Source: an uncultured bacterium
Lineage (GTDB): Bacteria > Chloroflexota > UBA5177 > JANWHV01
Length of the DNA stretch: 64,000 nt
NCBI GenBank assembly: GCA_963827235.1
Contig: CAWHAE010000012.1
Location: 1,088,001 to 1,152,000, forward strand
Direction of reading: 5' to 3'
A program made the position numbers and the translations under genes. Each line of letters opens with the position of its first letter. Positions within the stretch are counted from its first letter, which is position 1. Positions 57,646-64,000 of the stretch are shown piece by piece. The notes under the pieces are model-generated. The model did no database searches. It was not told where the DNA came from and was given only the letters and a program-made list of their open reading frames with translations.

Positions 57646-60369
57646 ATGCACACGAGTACCCGGCAGGACCGCGCCGTGCCGCAGGAGACCGGCCATGCGC
57701 GGCCGACAGAGAACACCCGCCCGGCTGCCTGGCGGGCCACCTACCGCGTCCAGCTGCACGCGGACTTCGACCTCGACGATGCAGCGGCGATCGTCGACTA
57801 TCTTGCCGAGCTGGGCGTGAGCCACCTCTACGCGTCGCCCAGTCTGCAGGCTGCCGCCGGCAGCACGCACGGCTACGACGTGGTCGATCCTCACCACGTC
57901 AATACCGAGCTCGGCGGCGAGGCGGCGCACGCGCGCCTGCACAAGGCTCTCCGGTCGCACGGTCTAGGCCATCTGCTGGACATCGTGCCCAACCACATGG
58001 CGATCGGCGGCCGCGAGAACACCTGGTGGTGGGACGTGCTGGAGAATGGGCAATCCAGCCGCTACGCCGCGTACTTCGACGTCGACTGGGATCCGCCTGA
58101 AGCCAAGCTGCGCGACCGCATTCTACTGCCCATCCTGGGAGAGCGCTACGGCACGGCCCTGCTGGATCGCTCGCTCGTGCTGCGCCGCGAGGGCGGCGCC
58201 TTTACCATCGCCTATCACGACCACGTGGTCCCGGTCGCGCCGCGGTCGCTCGGCCGGCTGCTGGCGCTCGCCGCCGCGCGGTGCGACTGCGAGGAGCTGG
58301 CGTTTCTGGCCGACGCCTCGACGGAGCTGCCGCCCGCCACTGCCACGGATAGCGTGAGCGTGGCGCGTCGCCACCGCGACAAGGAGGTTCTGCGCCGGCT
58401 CCTCGCGGAGCTCTTCGAGCACCGGCCCGAGGCAGCGGCGGCGGTGGATGCCGTTGCGAAAGAGATTGAAGGCAACCCACAGCTGTTCGACGAGCTGTTG
58501 GAGCGCCAGAACTACCGGCTGACTTTCTGGCGCGCGTCCGATCGCGAGCTCGACTACCGCCGGTTCTTCGACATCAACAGCCTGGCCGCCCTGCGCGTGC
58601 ACGACCCCGGCGTCTTCGCCGACACGCACGCGCTGATCCTGCGCTGGCTGGACAAGGGCATACTGGACGGCGTGCGCATCGACCACATCGATGGGCTGCG
58701 CGATCCGGACCTGTACCTGACCAGCCTGCACGAGCGCGCGCCCGGGGCGAAGATCTGGGTAGAGAAGATTCTCGAGCAGGGCGAGCGGCTGACGGAGCGG
58801 TGGCCGATCGCCGGCACCACTGGCTACGACTTTCTGAACGTGGCAGGCGGGCTGTTCGTCGACCGGCGGGCCGAGGAGCCGCTGACCAAGCACTATGCCG
58901 AGATCGCGTCCGAGGAACAGGCGGACTACGTGGAGATTGCGCGGGAGAACAAGCTGCGTGTGCTCCGCGAGTCCCTGGGCAGCGACGTTAACCGGCTCAC
59001 CGCGCTGCTGCAGGACATCTGCCAGCAGCACTGGCCGGCGCGCGACTTCACGCGGCACGAGTTGCAAGAGGTGCTGCGGGAACTGGTGGCCGATTTCCCG
59101 GTGTACAGGACCTACGTGAGGGCCGAGGAGGGAGTCGAGACCGACGGGGATCGCCGCACCGTGGTAGCCGCGATCGCCGAGGCCCATGAGCGGCGGCCCG
59201 ACGTGGACGGCGCCATCTTCGACTTCGTGCGCGACGTGCTGACCCTCGATGTCGCCGGGCCGCTGGCGGCTGAGTTCGTGATGCGCTTCCAGCAGCTCAC
59301 CGGGCCGGCCATGGCCAAAGGCGTGGAGGATACCACGTTCTACACCTATAACCGGCTGCTGGCACTCAACGAGGTGGGCGCCGACCCGGGAACGTTTGGC
59401 CACACGATCGCCGATTTTCACGCTCACTGCCTCCACGTGCAGCAGCACTGGCCCGAGACGCTGGTGGCCACGTCCACGCACGACACGAAGCGCAGCGAGG
59501 ACGTGCGCGCGCGCCTGGCCGTGCTGACCGAGGTGCCGGAAGCGTGGCGTGCGGTGGTCACGCGATGGGTCCAGCACAACGCGGGGCACAGGATCGACGG
59601 CATGCCGGACCGCAACGCGGAGTATCTGTTCTACCAGACACTGGCCGGCGCCTGGCCGCTCGATACAGAGCGGGCAACGGCATACATGCTCAAGGCCGCG
59701 CGCGAAGGCAAGGCGTACACCTCATGGACGGAGCAGAACGGGCCTTACGAGGAGGCACTCGGCCGATTCGTGGCGGCAGTGCTCGACGACGAGACGTTCG
59801 TGCGCGACCTCGCCGCGTTCGTCGAGTCGATCCGCGACGCCGGATGGGTGAACAGCCTGGGCCAGACGCTGCTCAAGCTCGCGGCACCCGGCGTGCCGGA
59901 CATCTACCAGGGCACCGAGCTCTGGGACCTGAGCCTGGTCGATCCTGACAACCGGCGGCCGGTCGACTATGCGCTGCGCCGCCGGCTGCTCGGCGAGCTG
60001 GATCACCTTGGGCCGGCGGAGATTTGGGCACGCCGCGACGAGGGCCTGCCGAAGCTGTGGCTGGTGCGCCAGGCGCTGTCCCTGCGGCGCCGCGATCCGG
60101 CAGCGTTCGGGCCGGCCGGCGACTACGCCCCGCTCGAGCCGGCGGGCGCGGAGGCCGATGTGCTGGTCGCCTTCACGCGGGCCGGCCGTATCGCCGCCGT
60201 CGTCCCGCGCTTCGGCATGCGCGCGCTCAGCGGCTGGACGGACACGAGCATGCGGCTACCGGACGGCACCTGGCGCGACGTGCTGGCCGGCGGTGAGGCA
60301 TGGCGCGGTACCGTGCGCATCGCGCACCTGCTGCGACGGTTCCCCGTCGCGCTGCTGGCACGAGAGTAG
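57646..60369 (+). CDS. treY: Malto-oligosyltrehalose synthase
   Basis: [69 protein letters not shown]. Confidence 0.97.
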   Translation: MHTSTRQDRAVPQETGHARPTENTRPAAWRATYRVQLHADFDLDDAAAIVDYLAELGVSHLYASPSLQAAAGSTHGYDVVDPHHVNTELGGEAAHARLHKALRSHGLGHLLDIVPNHMAIGGRENTWWWDVLENGQSSRYAAYFDVDWDPPEAKLRDRILLPILGERYGTALLDRSLVLRREGGAFTIAYHDHVVPVAPRSLGRLLALAAARCDCEELAFLADASTELPPATATDSVSVARRHRDKEVLRRLLAELFEHRPEAAAAVDAVAKEIEGNPQLFDELLERQNYRLTFWRASDRELDYRRFFDINSLAALRVHDPGVFADTHALILRWLDKGILDGVRIDHIDGLRDPDLYLTSLHERAPGAKIWVEKILEQGERLTERWPIAGTTGYDFLNVAGGLFVDRRAEEPLTKHYAEIASEEQADYVEIARENKLRVLRESLGSDVNRLTALLQDICQQHWPARDFTRHELQEVLRELVADFPVYRTYVRAEEGVETDGDRRTVVAAIAEAHERRPDVDGAIFDFVRDVLTLDVAGPLAAEFVMRFQQLTGPAMAKGVEDTTFYTYNRLLALNEVGADPGTFGHTIADFHAHCLHVQQHWPETLVATSTHDTKRSEDVRARLAVLTEVPEAWRAVVTRWVQHNAGHRIDGMPDRNAEYLFYQTLAGAWPLDTERATAYMLKAAREGKAYTSWTEQNGPYEEALGRFVAAVLDDETFVRDLAAFVESIRDAGWVNSLGQTLLKLAAPGVPDIYQGTELWDLSLVDPDNRRPVDYALRRRLLGELDHLGPAEIWARRDEGLPKLWLVRQALSLRRRDPAAFGPAGDYAPLEPAGAEADVLVAFTRAGRIAAVVPRFGMRALSGWTDTSMRLPDGTWRDVLAGGEAWRGTVRIAHLLRRFPVALLARE

Positions 60370-60375
60370 CCCGTC

Positions 60376-61000
60376 ATGGCGGTCTCCTGCCTCTGGGCGC
60401 CGCCGGCGCATACCGTGGAAGTGGCTCTGGGCCGGGAGCGCGAGGCAGGTGGTGCTGGACGTGGTCCACATCCACCTCGGACCCGCGGGCAACTACCTCG
60501 CCCAGTCAGGTCCCTATTTCACCGACCGCTTCGAGACGCCCTGAGGACCAGCCGTGAACCTCGATGGGCCGGGCAGCGACGAAATGCGTCGCTTCCTGTG
60601 CGATAACGCGCTCATGTGGCTGCGCGCCTACCACTGCGACGGGCTGCGCCTGGACGCCGTGCACGCGCAGTGCGATTCGTCGGCCGTGCATTTCCTGGAG
60701 CCGCAAGCCGCGCTGCTCGCCTGGCATCGCGCCCTCATACGCCTGCGCCGCGACACGCCGGCGCTCACGGACGGACGGTTCGACCGCGTACATTCGCGCT
60801 TGGACGAAGAGCGCCGCTGGCTCGTGATGGCGCGTGGCCCCATCGCCATGGCCTGCAATTTCGCCTCCGAGCGGCGGCTGATGTCGCTGCCGGAGGGCGT
60901 GGAGCGCCTCCTGCTGTCCTCGGCCGCCGCCGTGAAGCTGTCCGCCGGCGCGGTGAGCGTGCCCGGCCAGGCGGTGGCGATACTTGGGCCTCGCGACTGA
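60376..61000 (+). pseudogene. treZ: Malto-oligosyltrehalose trehalohydrolase, collapsed by two large internal deletions
   Basis: LWAP..VEV N-terminus, then [17 protein letters not shown]...[11 protein letters not shown]...[10 protein letters not shown], then a jump to the C-terminal [13 protein letters not shown]; only 625 bp. Confidence 0.9.
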
Positions 61001-61011
61001 GAGGTTGCTTC

Positions 61012-62994
61012 CTACCGCGCTCGCCGCGCGTAGACCCGTGCCGTCCAGGGCTGCAAGGGCTCCCGGCCAAGTCGCTCTTGGGGCACCGGGCGGTCCTCGC
61101 AGACTTCGTACCACTGCGCTCCGGCCGCCGGCTCCGGCCAACCGGGAATGACGTACTCGCCCGGCGAGCCATCCGAGTCCGGCGTGCCGTAGTCGGAGAA
61201 GTTGGCGACCACCACCACGAGATGCTCGTCCGTGCCGCGCTGCCAGGCCATCACCCGCCGTTCCTCGGCGACGTCTTCGTGAATGAACGACACGTCGTTC
61301 ACGTCCAGCGCCCGCGAGCCGGTGCGCAGACGCACCAGGCGGCAGACGCAGGTGAAGATACGCCAGCGCCATTCGTCCCCCAAGCGGTCGAAGCGCACGG
61401 GATCGACTTCTTTATTCATGACGGATCGAGCCGTTTCCGTTATGTCGAGATCCTGCTCCTCGGCGAACTCGTCCCCCGCCAGGATCATGGGAATGCCCAC
61501 GGCGGTGAGCAGGCAAACGAAGGCCAGCTTAACGCGATCCTCGGCTTCCGCGACGCCGTTGTTGCGCAGCCACTCGTACAGTCGCTCATTGCCCAGCTCA
61601 CCGATGTCGTGCGAGGTAAGGTAGTTAACCGCCTGCGAGGCGTCGGAAAAGCCAAGTAGCCGGCAATCGATCAGCTTGCGCACGCTCTCACCGAAATCCG
61701 CGGCACCGTCCCAGGCCTGGCCGAGAATCACCCTTCGGGCGATGTGCTTGAAGGTCTCGTTCCACAGGCCGTCGAGCCGGCGATCGCCAACCATCGCCAC
61801 GGGCACGCTCAGCTCCTCGCCGACCACGAGGAAGCGATCGTCGACCCCTTCCAGATCGCGCCACAGATCGCGGGCACGGTGCGTGAACTCCTCCAGGAAT
61901 TGCTCGTTGGCGATATTGTTCACGCTGTCGAGCCGCAGGCCATCCACCCTGTAGTAGGTCAGCCACCATTCGAGATAGAGCTGCAGGAAGGCGCGGGCGG
62001 GCACGAAACTGCCCTGATCGCCGCTGATCGGATCGTAGCCTTCCACCCAGTAGTTGAACTTGAACAGGTCGCCGCCGAAGCTTTCGCGGTTTCCCGCCTC
62101 GGGGTCATCGCTCCCATGCTGCACGAAGAAGTCGGAGAAGTTGACGTTGCGCAGCGGACAGGCGCGGGCGAAGGCCATCACCATGTCGCAAAACAGGCGT
62201 ATGCCGAGCCGGTGCGCCGTGTTGGCGACGCCGACCAGATCGGCCGAGGCGGTCGGGGGCCGGGCCGGATCCGGGTGACCCAGGTAGTAGTCCGCCGCGA
62301 AGAAGTTCGCCGTGCCGTAGCCCCAGCCCAGTTGGCTGGTGCTGTCCGCGGGCGGCAATAGCTCGAGGGCATTGACGCCCAAAGCCTCGAGATAGGACTT
62401 GTCGCCGAGCGCAGGACTCTCGACGGCCCTGGCGGTGAGCAGCGACTGCACGTCGCGGAAGGTGCCGTCGCCGATCGTAGCCGAGCCCAGCGTGCGTGGG
62501 TGGGCCCAGCGCGTGGGCAGCTCGTAGAGGACGAGCCGGTTATTGGCAGGCAGGCAGGTCATGTCGGGGTACTCGGCACCGTCGACTACCCTGCCGTCGC
62601 CGTCGCACGGCAGCAGGCTGCCGTCCCTATAAAAGAGGATCGCGGCGGGCTGCCCGCCGGCAACGCCCTCCACTTCCGGAGCCGGGAAGCGGCGATCGAC
62701 CGCGGTGGCAAACGGATCGGTGCACAGGCAGAGGCGGGACTGATCCAGGTAGGGATCGCTGTCGCGTACCTGGAACCAGTAGCAGTAGGCCGTCTCGTCC
62801 TGCAGACCGCAGGTCCGCGCGGAAATTCCCCAGAGGTCAGGCCGGTCGTCGAGCGGGGCCAATGGAATCGTGCGCAGGTCGATAGGTCCCGTGTCGCTCA
62901 GGGCGCCGATCACCAGCGCGGGCGCCGGATCGGTGAACGCCGGGCGCCAGAGCACGAAGTGATTGCGCCGCCTCGCCAGAAGATCGCTGTGCAT
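61012..62994 (-). CDS. Alpha-amylase-family (GH13) glycosidase, branching-enzyme/pullulanase-like
   Basis: LVLYELP, LGVNALELLP, WGYG, VDGLRLDSV (nucleophile), VGEEL, NYLTSHD, GIPMILAGDEF. Confidence 0.9.
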   Translation of the reverse strand: MHSDLLARRRNHFVLWRPAFTDPAPALVIGALSDTGPIDLRTIPLAPLDDRPDLWGISARTCGLQDETAYCYWFQVRDSDPYLDQSRLCLCTDPFATAVDRRFPAPEVEGVAGGQPAAILFYRDGSLLPCDGDGRVVDGAEYPDMTCLPANNRLVLYELPTRWAHPRTLGSATIGDGTFRDVQSLLTARAVESPALGDKSYLEALGVNALELLPPADSTSQLGWGYGTANFFAADYYLGHPDPARPPTASADLVGVANTAHRLGIRLFCDMVMAFARACPLRNVNFSDFFVQHGSDDPEAGNRESFGGDLFKFNYWVEGYDPISGDQGSFVPARAFLQLYLEWWLTYYRVDGLRLDSVNNIANEQFLEEFTHRARDLWRDLEGVDDRFLVVGEELSVPVAMVGDRRLDGLWNETFKHIARRVILGQAWDGAADFGESVRKLIDCRLLGFSDASQAVNYLTSHDIGELGNERLYEWLRNNGVAEAEDRVKLAFVCLLTAVGIPMILAGDEFAEEQDLDITETARSVMNKEVDPVRFDRLGDEWRWRIFTCVCRLVRLRTGSRALDVNDVSFIHEDVAEERRVMAWQRGTDEHLVVVVANFSDYGTPDSDGSPGEYVIPGWPEPAAGAQWYEVCEDRPVPQERLGREPLQPWTARVYARRAR

Positions 62995-63448
62995 GTCGTG
63001 GAACCCTTTTCAGATGGACGTATAACTGACGGCGGTTCACCGGCCCAAGCAGTGCGGAGTCGTGCCCGCCCCGGCGGGCGCGGCTCGTCGCCGCCTCGCG
63101 CGCCGCAAGGCGGCGTTCAATGCCTGCGCGGTGACGTGCACAGCACGGCACGAAGCCCGGTTGCCGGCGGAGATGATATCGAGAACGGACAGAGGCCACC
63201 GCGGCAGGTGCTTTGCAAGCGCCTCGTACGGGATGCAGGAACTGGATGCCTAGACCATCGCTCCGGCTGCCGCGCGGCCGCCGGTCTGCCCGAGGAAGCA
63301 TGTGCGACAAGGGCTCAGAGTAAGCACCTCGCACTTCCCACTATAGCAAACTGGGCCACAAGGTGCGGCATGTGCTGGTGGATGGGCAGGTTTCGGCGAT
63401 TCCGACTTCGCGGCGCGATCCGGCTGTGGTCGTTGCCGGCGCGGGCGA

Positions 63449-63838
63449 TCAGGGCGCAACGTCGGCAGCGGGCTGCGCGCCCGAGGCCGGCCCGGTCATT
63501 TCCAGCCGGTCGCGGCGCCCGCGCCTCGGCAGATCGGCGATCACTTCCCCGTGCTCACGCTGCCAGCCACGTTGATCGGCCTCGATCCGTTCCATCTCCA
63601 TGCGGAACTCCTCGGCGCGTTCCCGTGCGGCCACGGCGCGCGACGATCCGTCCTTCGCAGCCGCTACGGGCCGCGCCGCAAAGCGGCGCTCCGCTGCCTG
63701 GCGTGCCATCGTCGCCTCGCGCATCTGCGTGCGTCGCACGGCCTGCCGGTCGACGCCGTCGTACAAGACGGCATCCATGGGCAAGGCCTCGACCACGCGC
63801 ACATCTTCGCGCTGCACAGGATCCTGGATGTTGGTCAT
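63449..63838 (-). CDS. Hypothetical helical, charged protein
   Basis: GAGGAAAGG RBS before ATG at 63838; Arg/Glu/Ala-rich. Confidence 0.55.
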   Translation of the reverse strand: MTNIQDPVQREDVRVVEALPMDAVLYDGVDRQAVRRTQMREATMARQAAERRFAARPVAAAKDGSSRAVAARERAEEFRMEMERIEADQRGWQREHGEVIADLPRRGRRDRLEMTGPASGAQPAADVAP

Positions 63839-64000
63839 GGTGCCTTTCCTCTCACATACCAGGCCATCAACGATGGGCCTTGTTCCAGCGCAAGACTCAG
63901 TCTGAATGCACCCCTCACTTTCGCGCGCGATCGATGGCCTGAACGCTTGTTCCAGGCTCCACTCCCACGATCGCCAGCGCAGCACGCCGCGCACCACTCG

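Noticed and set aside
1-64000. rRNA, tRNA, prophage, intact transposase or defence-system genes
   Set aside because: None recognised by eye; the only related traces are the IS701 and VapC remnants.

Overview
A GC-rich bacterial chromosomal window. It is probably from a Chloroflexota-like soil organism, inferred from an AGAAC-N4-GTTCT LexA box, two F420-type PPOX enzymes and protein style, and this is not proven. From left to right it holds: (1) a signalling/chemotaxis block (multi-PAS/GAF histidine kinase, decayed B12-binding sensor, GntR-REC regulator, CheW, MCP); (2) an accessory stretch of secreted beta-propeller and giant beta-rich proteins, gene remnants and a symmetric dif-like 11-6-11 site at 13.1 kb; (3) an intact LacI-controlled carbohydrate locus (DUF4832 hydrolase, ABC transporter, GH31) with visible duplicated promoter/operator cassettes; (4) a decayed mocDEF-like operon, a eukaryote-like nicotinate phosphoribosyltransferase and a Ser/Thr kinase-ATPase-His kinase hybrid; (5) oxidoreductases, a FapA(DUF342)-PilZ fusion, and a putative SOS-controlled unit ending in a peptidase-S51/CysRS-C-terminal fusion; (6) BioY, MFS, a beta-helix surface protein, treY, a collapsed treZ and a GH13. 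About a dozen pseudogenes or fragments are present, and a few isolated single-base frameshifts may be sequencing errors. I found no rRNA, tRNA or CRISPR array. All family calls come from motif recognition by eye; no database searches were run.
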